NCBI RefSeq assembly: GCF_018977255.1
Contig: NW_024704743.1
Span: forward strand, 53,136,001-53,200,000
Length of the DNA: 64,000 bases
Direction: 5' to 3'
Source: Callorhinchus milii
Lineage: Eukaryota
Shown here: piece after piece, positions 11,927-25,100 of the stretch
Layout: each line of letters opens with the position of its first letter
Position numbering within the stretch: position 1 is the first letter of the stretch
Position numbers and translations under genes: made by a program
Notes under the pieces: generated by a model
What the model saw: the letters and a program-made list of their open reading frames with translations, nothing else
The model's database searches: none
What the model was told of the DNA's origin: nothing

Positions 11927-13539
11927 CACAGTTAAGCCTGATCCAAAATTCATGCGTGTGCACTTTCCAGCTGGGAGCTCTGGAGAGGAGCAGAAACCCT
12001 GGATGATTTTCCCCTCCTGATCCAGGGATTCTGAGACCAATTCTAGTGCCCTAATTGCTACTCCATTTAGTATCAATCCAACTGATTAAGCAGCACAGCG
12101 AATATCACAAATGAGAACAGCTTTTACTAACAAGGAACTGTCTCTGTTGGTATCAGCACTGACATAGAACAAGAAGCATTGGTAATAAAGCAAAAGCCTT
12201 TTGTAGACATAAAAGAAATTCTTCCAATAACCTTAAAAGCACCCCCTTAAGAGTTCTACCTTTTTTTAACAAGGCATATACTTGTAGCAAGGATAGATGT
12301 GATTCAGATTCAGAAACTCTATTTCTAAATCTTGAATGACCACTAATCAATGACCACTAATCCATGTATAACAAGAGGTTTGCATTGCTATTCTTTTATC
12401 ATGAGCAGTTCTCTCTATTACTTCAAAGTTAAATATTAAAAGGATGCAGGCAAATTGATAACAATCCTTGCATTTGATATAGTACCATTCACATCAAAAC
12501 AACGTCACAGAGAGCTTCAAAGGATTTACAGTAGAGTGTAGTGGCTGTATTTTATGGGTGAATGATTAAGAGAATAAGAACTCTTGAAATCTGTATGTGG
12601 TTTTGTCATTTCCATGTGGTCATGCTGCACAGAGCGTAGGAGATAGCTGAGGCGCTCGTAAAGCAACTGAACTCTGAATCATAATGTGACAATGGATTTC
12701 AGGATACAAAAAGCAATCATGTTTACAACTTGGCAGTAATGTAGGAGTGAAAGCTTTGGTGAGGTTGATGGAAAGAAAACCATTGACCAGCTGCTCTATC
12801 AGTAAATTAAATGACAGTATCTTATTTTTGCTTTGGGTTAATGCTATGGCTAGGCACACTCACAAAACCTTTCAGTGTTGTTCATCCTCCCCCGAAGCAC
12901 TCCCCACTTTTAATGGTTTGATAATGAAACATCAACACCTCTACTCTAAAAGGTCAAGGTTGATGAAAAGAAATGAGCAATTTTCTACATTTTATTGCAA
13001 GAAGTGTGTTATTTTATGACAGGCAATTGAGGCAAAGATATTTCTTTGAACACAAAATGTAGTTGGTGCTATTTTATTTTCAGCTTTGAGGTTTTGTTAA
13101 TGTAGGCTTTTAAAAAGAAATCTGAACACTCTTCGCCACTAATGTGAGTTTGTGGGAGGCATGCAACTCTCTCAGCAAGAGACAAATATTTTCAAATACA
13201 AAGTACAGTAAACCTTGTATAAGTCTGATCTGTAGAAATCATATAATCGTTTAAATCGTATATATGCCCAAGTCCCATTCAATTTCCTATTAAATCCATT
13301 TAAATTTAAATGCGTGAGTCGTATTAACAAACCACTTATGTCGTGATAGCCATTCACAGGATTTTCTTGAGGTGAATTGGATATATTCTTGAGAAGGAAA
13401 CAACAAAGCAGATTGCTTCAGTGACAGAGAGTTAGCACCATCTCAGAAACAATGGGCTGAGTCGCATATCTCGGCGCTGTTTATTATTCTAACTAGGAGT
13501 CTAACAAGTATTCAGCTAGCAGACTAGCAAAGTGAAATC

Positions 13540-13800
13540 ATACATACAATCATGGAATCTTCCATATGCGGCAGAAATCAAAGAAAATGAGAGTTTCAGA
13601 GGGGCCCATTCAGCCCATCATGGCTGTGCCAGCTATTTGAAAGAGCTATCCAACTAGTCCCACTCCTTCACTCTTACACCATAGCCCTGCAAATTTTTCC
13701 TTCTTAAGTACCTATCCAATTCCCTTTTGAAAGCTGCTATTGAAGCGTGCCGTTACCACACTTGCCATCCTTTCAGGCAGTGCATTCCAGATCGTAACAA
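13540..13800 (-). mobile_element. CR1 3' end
   Basis: Reverse match to the 45400-45585 and 36940-37133 CR1 tails. Confidence 0.85.
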
Positions 13801-15072
13801 CAAATATTTTGAAAAGGGTAGTGCGGTCACATTAAAAATTCATCAGAGACCCCAAATTAACCTGCTCTTACGAGCAATTACCTGGAAAATTTAAGATTGT
13901 GCAGAAATTTGAAAAACTCTGTAATTCAATCTTAATTTGAAAATTAATTTTAAGAGCTGTGGAAAAAAAAGTCACGAAAATGTAGAAGTTGGAAAGTTGA
14001 ATGCTGTGCTTTCAGGCAGAACCCAGAGGTTGCATTTGATTTTAACATAAAACATAATTTAGTACCATATTCAATCAATATATTTTGCCAACACAACAAT
14101 AATTAAAACATTGGTAAAAAAATAATCAAAATAAACACATAACTTTGGATCAACCACTTGTAAGATACACAAGATTAGTAAAGCCATGTTCCTTAGCAGT
14201 GCATTCTAGCAAGCGCAAAAAAAACTACAGTTAATCAAAATGTCTTTTTTGACGTATTTGTGTCCAGTTGTTTATGACGTGTGGCTGGCATTTGCAGATG
14301 CACATTAAGGCATTTTGGAGATTACATAAATCTTTCTAGCAACAGGAATTCCGCTCAGTAATTCCATCAGAGAAACGGAGGCCATATGCAGATGAATGCT
14401 CCAGTACTTAAGGAAATTTATTCCATATGCAGCAGAAGTTTAAAAAAAAATGAGAGTTCCAGTGTGGGCCAGCATAAGCCCTGAGATAAGGGTGAATCAG
14501 CAGCAGTTTAAGCTCCTATTTCCCTTCTATAATGAGCCTGTGTAGGTAAATGCTATCCCCAAAGCTTCAGGCTGTTATCTGCTTCTTCAGAAAATGTTGC
14601 GAAACATTAAACATGTTTTTGCTCTGCTAATCGGTGCAGCAGACACTTAGGAAATCCTTCCATGCTTTCAGCCCCTTTTTAATTAATAAACCCATTTGAA
14701 TGCCTTTGCAGTAGTTGTCTTGTTAATTTAGTACTGCAAGCTTTTGTTTAGCAAAGCCTATCAGCACAGGCAATTGAACGTTTCAAACATGGCGTAAGAT
14801 GAAGAATATTAATGATGACTCAAGAACCCTTAATAGTGGCAGTTTGCCGTGGCCAAATGTAATTATACAGTGAGCTACTTGATTGAGCATTACTGGCTAA
14901 AAGTTTAATGACTGGCTGTGAATCTTATGGCGAATCTTGCAAAAAACTAGTCATTATTATTTTTGCAACTAAATTGGAGTAAATGCGAAATCAAAGAAAA
15001 TTTATAACTGCATCTTAACAGATACCTTGTATAAAATTAACATTACCTCCTCGCTCTTGTATTCAATACCAC

Positions 15073-15094
15073 TATATATATATATATATATATA
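15073..15094. repeat. (TA)11 microsatellite
   Basis: Direct reading. Confidence 0.9.
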
Positions 15095-16026
15095 AAACCT
15101 AGAATTCCGTTTGCTTTTTATGATCTTGCCTATTTAAACTCTTACCTTTAATGGCACTTACAAGCAATCATTAAGTTAAGTCACTGTGCAAAAAATTGAG
15201 TGTGTAATTCTCCACCTCCTATATTCTTTCTAACAGAAAGTGATGCTTTATTTTTTAACTACGAGATGCACTGCTCGTATGTTCTGTGGAAGGACACAAT
15301 GTCAGCTTGGCTCAGTTTGTCACAATTTTTCCAGTTGATCAGATTGTTGTCAGCACTATATCAGCACTTGGTTTCCCTGACAATCCAGTGAATAATAATA
15401 TTCTAGAAAATTTATTTTCCCTGCATCTGTGCATTACAATATTCCTGAGATGATAATAATAATAATAATCCTTGCATTTGATATATTGCCTTAGCACTTC
15501 ACAGAACATACTGCAAAGTGAATTGACTGTATTTTGTGGGTGATTGTAGATGATAAAGAAAAAGATGTTCTTTATGCAGAGATTTTCACTGTAAGCGGGA
15601 AATACATTCATTATAACAAGGATATCCTCCTCAGCATCATTTGTCACTAAAATCTCTTCACCTGATCAGAGTTCATTATTAATTCTGCTATATTTCATTG
15701 TTCTCCACGTACCTTAATTTCACTATTAATATTTGAATGATTTGTACAACAATTGTTATACATTTTCTTCAAGATATGTAGTCAATTTAGGATTTGGATG
15801 ACACTTGACAATAAACAGCAGTAACGACACTTGGCATATATCAGATACAAGGCTGACATTCCAGTACTAAATGATAATTCTTGGCATTTGATAATCCTTC
15901 CATTTGATATATCACACCATCAAAATGTCTCATACAGCTTCACAGGATCTTATTGTAAAATGTAATGATTGCATATTTGTTGATGCTTGCGGCAGTCAAT
16001 TTGCACATAGCATTGACCCACAAACT

Positions 16027-16410
16027 GTCAGTTGGCAGCACTCTCGTCTTTGAGTTAGATAGTTGTGAATTTAAACCTACGTTGGACTTTTGAGCTCATT
16101 CCTATGCAGTTTTGAGGAAAACACTGCATTGTCAGAGGTGCTGACCTTCAGATAATACGTTAAACCAAGCACTAAAGAACCCATGGCACTACTCGAAAAG
16201 AGAAGGGAGTTTCTCCCAGTGTCCTGGCCAGCAATCCACTAGATAAAATTCTGCATTCACTTCATAGCTATTTGTGGCATCTTGCTGTATGCAAATTGGT
16301 TTACACATTTGCCTACAATCACCCAGTCACCATAACTTACAGGAAATCCTGTGAAGGGCTATCACGACATGACAAGGCACAATATTAAATGAAAGGATTG
16401 TTTCTATTAT
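16027..16410 (+). mobile_element. Deu-domain SINE (family B)
   Basis: Head tcagttggcagcactctcg, Deu core, tail ending aaatgaaaggattg. Confidence 0.78.
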
Positions 16411-16414
16411 GACC

Positions 16415-16678
16415 AGTTTTATCTGCAAAATTGTTTGGGAGGACATCAGAAGGAATTCCCTTCTTTTTTTCTCTTTTTGAATAGCACCTTGGGATCTTCA
16501 ATGTCCATCTGAACAGGCAGATTTAAACTTGGTTTAACATCTGATCAGCAGGCCTGCACCTCCGTCAATGCACTCCTCCACTGGACTGTTAGCTATGAGC
16601 TCAAACTCCCAACGTGGAACTTAACCCACAGGTTTCTGACTCCGAGGCGGGAGTGCTACCAACTGAGTCAGACTGACA
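16415..16678 (-). mobile_element. Deu-domain SINE (family B), inverted relative to its neighbour
   Basis: Reverse-strand core and head (gagtgctaccaactgagtcagactgac). Confidence 0.75.
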
Positions 16679-19600
16679 ATGGAGTGATTGGCTTACATTA
16701 GACAAAGATGAAGACGAGGAAAGGCAGAAGGAGGCAAGATCATATCAAGCAATTTGGCTGAATGTTTTATTCAACTGTGAGTCTCACAAATGTTACATGT
16801 AGAGTTACATAGAATGATATAAACAGAAGCCAGCCACTGGACCCAACTGGTCTGTTTCACTGTATATACTCTACTCGAGCACCCCCCTCTCCTATTCTCC
16901 TCTTCCACACCCTTTCCCTCATATATGCATCAAGGTTCCTCAAATATATTGATGCTTTTTGCTTGAATCACAACTTCCAAGAGAAAGTTGCACATTCTCA
17001 GAAAGTGAAAGATCAAGTGACACCAAGCAGCAAACAATGCAGTATCAGATTTATTGTACCACATTGTAGTGATAGCGTATCTGACAAGTATTTTGTTTTC
17101 CCATTTCTTTATGGCAAATACTAAAATCTAACTCATTAGATTATTACTTATTAAATACTTACCTAATATATGGTATCAACAGAAATACATGATGAGGATC
17201 CAATGATATAGATATAGATCGGCCCACTAGTTCACTCATTTATTCACTCATTGTGTCTGGTAAGACAAAACAAACTCTGGATATAAACTATGGGATATAA
17301 ACTGTGTCATGTAACTCTTTAAATGCATGCTCCCATGCATCACACTGTATAGGCTGCGATAAGATAGCTTTAGTATCACTTTTGATACAACTAATGGAAT
17401 ACATTTAGGGCAGTGAATATGTCACAAATTCCATTCATATGGTAAAAATATTTCCTAAACTATCTCAGTTTATTCCCATCATTGGATTGTTATTCCCTAT
17501 AAAAACAAACAAATACCAGTCTATAAGACGACTGCATTAAATAACAATGAAGATATCAATAAAATATTTATTAACAGCTCTGACACACAGTGATCTCATG
17601 CATTGATCTAATTCCCACATGACTTGTGGAAGTTCTGAAAAGAAATTACGATTGACACTGCTCTAAAATGAAAAATGACATTCAAACTGAGAGTGAATGG
17701 AATACAATCAAACATGCTGGAGAAGGTAACAGTTATACAGATGTACAGATCTACAAAAAGCTTTTTCATGACTCATTTGGCTATGAAGAAGACAATGAAA
17801 CAAATCAAAACGATACACAAAGAACAACATTTGAATTTTTTCGCCAACAAAGGTAAATTATTCATCAGTAATAAAAATCAAAAAGTTAAAGCTCATTTAT
17901 CACTAGAGTTTATTCAGGCTCAGCTTTGTGTTAAAGATTCTCTGATCTTCTGGCATTTCTTCCAGCACCATTCATTGATATGTGAACTTCAGCTTTCATG
18001 CATTAAACATGACAGGAAACTGGTCAATTTTCCTTGCACACATGTCAGCATCTCCCATTTGAACAGTTCACAGATAGGGACACAAAAGGTTTCCCACAGC
18101 GGGTCCTAATGGGACTGGTAATCTACCATGAAAGCAATTCAACAATGAAATATCTATGCAACGAAGGAATTTTAATTATTTCTTTTATCTTCATTGATAT
18201 TTTTTTCCCCCAGGTTCTCATATTTGAAATGTTGTGATAAAAGAAGAAATTTCTTGGGTGATGTGAAAGCATGATACCTGACTAATATTTGTCTAATAGG
18301 AATTGAAAATATTTAACATGCGAGCAGCTTTTTTTATAGTGTTGTCTCAAGTCAGGGTAGTGACCTTGTTATCGTCAATAACCTTGAGTAAGAATGATAT
18401 TGCAGACCTGAAAGCGTGGAGGAAATTCAAAATGTTGATTTCATTGTCACAGTTCTCCATTTCTACTGATTTGTAATGCTTAGAGAACATTTAAAAGTTG
18501 TCTGAACAGGTTTAGCTTGCTTAAAATTAACCTTTTTCCACTCAGTCGTTTCCTTTTGATTTATGATTAACTATTATTTTTTATCTGCCAATTTTACTTC
18601 TTCAATTCCGCCCCCCCTTCCCCCCGCCTTCCTCTCCTGAAATGATTTGATTCCTTTTTCCTTTCTCCTAGGCTACGTTTCCATCAGTTGCTCCCCGGTG
18701 TCTCACCCCAAACTATTATAGCTTTTGCTGGAAGTACTGTTATATTGGAAATAATGACTTAGGCATTATAAATCATGCTGAAATTTAATAAGACTTTGGT
18801 GAGGTCACAGTTGGAGTAATTGGATTTGTTTTTGGATGCCCCATACTCTAATGGGGCATCTAAATTATTATTATTATTACAGAATGGATATCATAGAGAT
18901 GGAGAGTGTGCAGTGAGGACTCACTTGGACAATACAATAGCAACAACTTGCATCAATACAGTACCCTTCATGAGAGGTGGTATCTCAGAGCATTTAACAG
19001 TAGCGGAGCTTGACACCGAGCCGAGTGGGGGAGAGATGACTGTAGGCACAGTTGAAAAGGAAGGTCTTCAGGTGTGATCTGAAGACGGGCAAAGAGGAGA
19101 CGAGTAGTTACAGAGGTTAGGGATGTAGTAACTAAACACATAATCACTGACGATCATGAGGAGGGCAGGAGATATGCAGCAGGTCCGAGTTAAATGTGTG
19201 GAGGGAATGAGGGGAGGAGTGGAGTCCAAGAAGATCAGAGAAATAAAGAGGTGCTGGGGAGTGAAGGGATTTGTACTGTGGATGAGGACCTTGAAGGCAA
19301 TCCATTGGGAGACAGTGGAGCCTGGCAGGATAAGGAGAAAGAGATGAAAAGTGGGATTAATAAACAGAGCAATTTAAAAAAGAGATAGCAGTGACATAGC
19401 TATGGCCAAATATGTTCTGTGCTGAGAATTTCAATGTTTCTGCTTGTGGATTAGAAAGGAAGCAGTTCTTCTTTGTGTAACAATAGTATTCTTGTATCGT
19501 CTGTAGTTGCCAATTTACATCTATGCTTCCGAGCATTTTCAAATACTTAAGTTACGTTGGCTTCTATACTGCATCACGTTGTTCTCACATTAGTGCAAAT

Positions 19601-20379
19601 TCTTTCTCTTTCCACACAGAAGTTTGAAATGACTCATTTGCAATGAGCTGCAATATCTGTCACAGTGCATTACTTTGTCAATGTACACAAGATTGGACAA
19701 TGACAAATGTGATTGGACTAGCAAGCAGTCATCCTGACAACCAACAGCTCGGAGAAATACCTTAGATACCTTTTACACCTGAGACCCATTTAGTGTTTTC
19801 AATGCATTTAAGAGGAGGCTTGATGCATATGTGTGGAAGAAGGGAATGGAGAAGTATGGGGGATACGGAGAGGGAATTAGGATGGATGGAGTATAGGCAG
19901 CAGCACAGACTAGACTGGCTGAATGGCTTATCTTAGCGTTGTGCGATCTATGTAATTCTATGTAAATTGAATAACTCTTGGATTCCCCATTTCCCCTACT
20001 CCACTTCTTACTCCAACATTGTGTTGAGTGCCAGCTTAGACTGTGAGCTCAAGATACCAAAAAGGAACTTCAACCACAGCCTTCTGACCCAGAGGTGAGT
20101 CAGCTACAACTGAGCCAGGTTTACACCTAAATTAACCAAAACTCTAGATGAGGTAATTCTACAAATTGACAAACAAAAATCTTTGTGTGCATCTAGAAAC
20201 CGGGCAACCTCTCAACAGCCCTTGATCGAATATCCTTTCAATAAATCAAAGTTTGCTGCTGGGTATATAATAACTGTTTACCTCGACAATGGGGAATGGG
20301 GAAAATGCCATCCTGCAAGAGCAGACATGTTTTGCCCCAAACGTTCAAAACGTTGTGTTATCACCCGTCCACAGAAGGG

Positions 20380-20548
20380 AAACTTTGTCATCCAGCCAAA
20401 GAAAGATATTTTGTCATGTACGGACAAAATATTTTGACACGCATGCACACAGGGATATTTTGTCATGTCTGTGCAGATAGATGCATTGTCCTACATTTGG
20501 TAACAGATATTTTCTCATGAAAGCGCAGAAGGATATTTTTGGCATGTG
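20380..20548. repeat. Decayed minisatellite, ~26-bp period (core GATATTTTGTCATG)
   Basis: Core at 20405, 20454, 20506 and 20532, with degenerate units at ~20380, 20428 and 20480. Confidence 0.6.
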
Positions 20549-21419
20549 CTGTTATTTCTAAATAGGGATAAACTCAACTGAACACTAATCGTTAGAAACT
20601 CCTTATACCACTAAGTGTCGCGACATTAGGCACAATTTTTCAATTTGTGCAAACTGTAAGTAAACCATGTGTACAGAATGATTCTGGATGCCCTCAGTTA
20701 ATCACCTTGATTCCTTTAATCATGTCTCAGCCTCAGACTCATGACTCAGTTAGTGGTTCTCAGGACTTTAAGATCCAGTCTAGGCTGACTCTCCAATGTA
20801 GTGTTAGGGGGTTACTGCATTATTGGAGGTGCCACCCTTGGATGAGACATTAAACTGAGGTCCAGTCTACCTGTTCAGGTGGACATTAAAGATCCCATGC
20901 CAATAAGGATCTCTAACGTAAGGTAAATACCTTTTTGGCGACATCAAGTCTGGATTTGGCAACAATTTGGTGGGAAAAAGAGGATCGAAAAGATCCAGGG
21001 TGTGGAGCTGAAGCAATACATTTTAAATTTTGTGGGGAAAAAGTATCAGTAGATACTTTTTAAAAGAGGATGAGTTTAAAAGCAGTGAGCGCAAATGCTT
21101 CGTGGTCGCTATTCACCTTGTTTTTTTTCATCAAAGAGCTGCGTGCCTGACTTGAGGAGTTCTCTGGGTCAAGATTGTTTTTTCTGACGTATTATAAAGC
21201 AGACGTATTAAAAAGCTGCCAGCTGTATAGTATAGGGTGTTAGGGATTAGTATTCAACTTTGCGACCTTTTTCAGATTTAACGGGCAATGGGATGTGTCT
21301 GAAAACACCAATAAAATATCATTGAACTTTCTCAATCGTGCTTTTCGAGTCTCTGTTTATATCAGGAGGGAGGGGATTTACATACGCAGGTTGAGCTAAC
21401 GTCAGAGTCTGTTGGTGCG

Positions 21420-22157
21420 AACAACAACAACAAAATTACAAAGCGCTGAACAGTCGGGGATCAGGTCCCGAGCATGAAGTGAGGAAGGCCAGTGAGGTAG
21501 GAGGGTGGCTGAAGGCACGGTCGAAAAGGAGAGTCTTGAGTCGTGCCTTAAAGGAGGCAAGGGAGGCGAAGGGATTGTGGGATGGTGTTCCAAAGAGTGG
21601 GGCAGAGAAGCTGAAAGCCCGGCCACCAATGGTAGGGTGGGTCGGACGGGAAACCTGGAGAAGGCCGGAGACTGCTGAGCAGAGGGAATGGACAGGTTGC
21701 TAGGGTTCAGCGGGTCAGATATGTGGGAAGCGGCAAGGCCGTGGAGAGTCTTGAAAGTGAGGATAAGGATTTTGAATTCTATTCTCTGAGAGATGGGGAG
21801 CCAGTGGAGCCGGGCGAGGGTGGGGGTGATGGGGTCACGGAGCCCGGTGCAGGAGAAGACACAAGCTGCAGAGTTCTGGATGATCTGCAGCTTGTGAAAG
21901 GAAGAGTTGGGGAGGCCGACAAGGAGGGAGTTTCTGTAGTCGAGCCTTGAGGTGATGAATGCATGTATGAGGGTTTTGGCGGCCTGAGGGGTGAGGCAGT
22001 GGCAGAGTAGGGAAATATTGTGGAGGTGGGAAAGGCAGAGTGGGTTATGGCACAGATATGGGGTTGAACAAGATGCCCAAGTTCCTGACTGGCTTGGTGA
22101 GGTGGAGTGTGCATCCATGGATGCTGATGCTGTCAGTGCCTGAGGTGAGGAGGCACC
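21420..22157 (-). mobile_element. L2 LINE 3' fragment; an inverted partial copy lies at 22252-22385
   Basis: TSRLDY.NSLL.GLP, LARLHWLPI motifs; (CAA)n tail at 21420. Confidence 0.9.
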
Positions 22158-25100
22158 ACAAAGGACTCTGATGGAAGCTTCCCTTTGCTAGAATTACAAA
22201 GCACTGGTAGAACCTGTAGGCATGTTGACTTACAGAGAAGGACTGAACACACAGGCCGCCAAAACTCTCATACACGCCTTCGTCACCTCAAGGCTCGACT
22301 AGAGAAACTCCCTCCTTGTCGGCCTCCCCAACTCTTCCCTCCACAAGCTGCAGATCATCCAGAACTCTGCAGCTCGTGTCCTCTCACTGGTGCGGGAAAC
22401 ACTTTGTGGGTTTAAATTATGGGTGAGAACCGTTGCATTATTATTATTATTACTGGCCGGCATCGCTAGAGCCTCTGAATGAAATTTTTATTTCAAAGGC
22501 TCTAAACTTATCTCTTCCCAATTAGCAAAATTATGCAAATTTGGATATTGGACAAATTAGCCCAAACTGCTTCAATTTGGGTGATGTTGCAGATGGATTT
22601 CCCAGCACTTGTTCACAGTAGAAATTACATTTGATGTTTTAAAAAGAACTGAAAGGTAAATAATCAGTCTAACACAAAGCTGACATTGAGCAATATTTTA
22701 ACCAATAGCATTTAGTGGAAGCACATGAACATTTGGTGATTGTAACAGCTAGTTATTAATTCTGTCAGCAAATATTAGTTCATATTTTTTGCAGAAAAGC
22801 TATTGAAAAAAGGATTAGCATTTCTAGGCAGCCTACATTGTATAATTTTCTCTTCTCACTGAATACTTTTGTTCCCTACTGATGTATTTGAACAGATTTG
22901 AGTCTCGTCATCTTAAGGACTTAACTTAGATAAAACATTTGCCATCATTATAAAATGTAATTATACCAATGAATGTGAGGCCAAAGGGACAAATCAATGA
23001 GCTGAGACTGTATAAATGTGCCTGTCCTTTTTTCTAAAGGAAATCATCTGGTTTTCGGATAAATTATTCTCTGTGGAGCAATGTTAACAATAGTTTTTTA
23101 ATATTGGCAACTTATAATTTATCAGTGTCTGAAAAGCTCCTATCTGCCCCTGGTTGTTAGTGCAACTGAAATGCCCTTACAATTAGAATAATGAAACTTA
23201 TGGATTTTAGGTCATAGGAATACTCTCTGGTTAATTGCTTCATCTACAAAATAAGCCAGAAGGATTTGCGCATTCTAGTGTCAACATAACTGAAGGGAAT
23301 GCTATGAAAAGTCAGGGTTAAAACAGAATGTCACATAAAGTGGAACTGATATAGATGCAGAATAATTGACTGATATCACTTACACTGGATGAAAAGACAA
23401 ATCATAAAATATTATAAAACCGAGTGCCTTTCTTGTCTTTGCATTCATGAAAATCACCTTCATAAAGTTTTTAGTTTAAGGATTGACACCATTGTTACAT
23501 TTAACACTATTTGATAGACATGACAGTATGTTTCGGAGAAACGCATTCACTCAGACGTCATCTATTTCAATTTACTGCACTCAGATTAATCATGGATAAT
23601 GCTGGTCTATTGATAGAGTTGGAATGCAACAATTTCAAAACAAAGCTTTGCAAAACTTTTCGCCATGTTTCAAGGTAACACAAGATTGAGTTTTACACAA
23701 TGCGTACAAACGCATTTAATCTACCATTTCACAAACAGCTCGGGAAAATTTGCGGTTGCTCTGAAGAATAATACGCCAATAATAATCCTTGCATTTGATA
23801 TAGGCCTTATCATGTCACGACATCTCAAAGCACTTCATAGAATATACTGTAAAGTGAAGTGACTGTATTTTGTGGGCGAAATCTCATTTGACTCTCATCT
23901 CTATTACAATGTAAAAAATATTTCATATTTTATATAAAATTCAACATAATCTTGATTTCCATCCTCCCTACCAACAAAATACATGACACAAAAAAGCTTG
24001 CATTTGATATAAACCTCATCACGTGACCGAGACATCTCAAAGCGCTTCACAGGATTTTACTGTAAAGTGTAGTGGCTGTATTTTGTAGGCGAAACATAAA
24101 CTATATCTACAGTCAAAACTTTGCAATTTATCAGATGCATAGAAGAGAAACATATTGCAATACAGCACAGAATAAATTAAAAATACTAATTAAAGATACA
24201 ATAATTGTTAATGAAGACAAGGTACAGCATGAAACAATAATTTGTTTTTACTCAGCCTGGTGTCTAACATGCATAGTAATCCATTGCTGTGCTTAGAAAT
24301 CTCTAATCCACTCTGCAGAGCATTCTCAGAAGCAGTGGCTATTTGCTACTTTCTCATTAAAGCAACCTGTCTTCCAAGACAATTTAACCCATTGAAGTAA
24401 TTGCATTCACGAGAATCCCAACAAATATTTCCATATAAAGTGTTTGAGTCTGACTGATGAATCTAGCTCCAGGATTCTCTCATTAACTCCAAAATGCCTA
24501 TAGAATCTCAGTTCAAGAATCACTGTTTTGTCAGATAGATGAAGGGAAGATAATTATGTGCCAGCAGGATATTCAGTCCAACACTTCATACAAGGGCATT
24601 CTCATTTTTGATTCTAAAAAATTCTCAAATGTCAGCTTCTAACCACCAAATGTCCTTAAATGCCAGAGTTAAGCATTACTGAGGATAAGGTCATTATCTC
24701 TTAAGTGCAATCTGATTTTAGATCCTTTGCGTTTTCAGATTTAATAGTAAAGGATATTCTATATTTTAACAGAACAACAGTTTCTGAACCTTTGTCATTT
24801 TAATGTGTAATTTTTAAAAGCTTCACTGTCTTTTTCTGGTTGACCAAGATAAGATGAAAACTTCAAAACATCAAAGATGTTCATTTAATAATACTTGCAT
24901 TTGATATAGTGCCTTATCACATCTTCGAGACATCTCATTTCAGCAACACCTATCGGTATAGAGTTAACTTTTTTTATTATAAGCACCGACATTGGTAAGA
25001 TTGCTGCTTTAAATGCAAGATGTACAGTCTGCAGGGAATTCAATGCATCAAAATGCTTCACAGGATATACTGTAAAGTGAATTGATTACGTATTGTATGG

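Noticed and set aside
13434..13446. TAGCACCATCT, miR-29-like start
   Set aside because: Only ~11 nt match and no pre-miRNA hairpin.
17668..18109. Overlapping ORFs of 62 and 144 aa
   Set aside because: No recognisable domain, low-complexity AT-rich codons and no convincing exon chain.
20380..20548. Regularly spaced repeats resembling a CRISPR array
   Set aside because: Eukaryotic context, degenerate ~26-bp tandem period, no unique 30-40 nt spacers and no cas genes.
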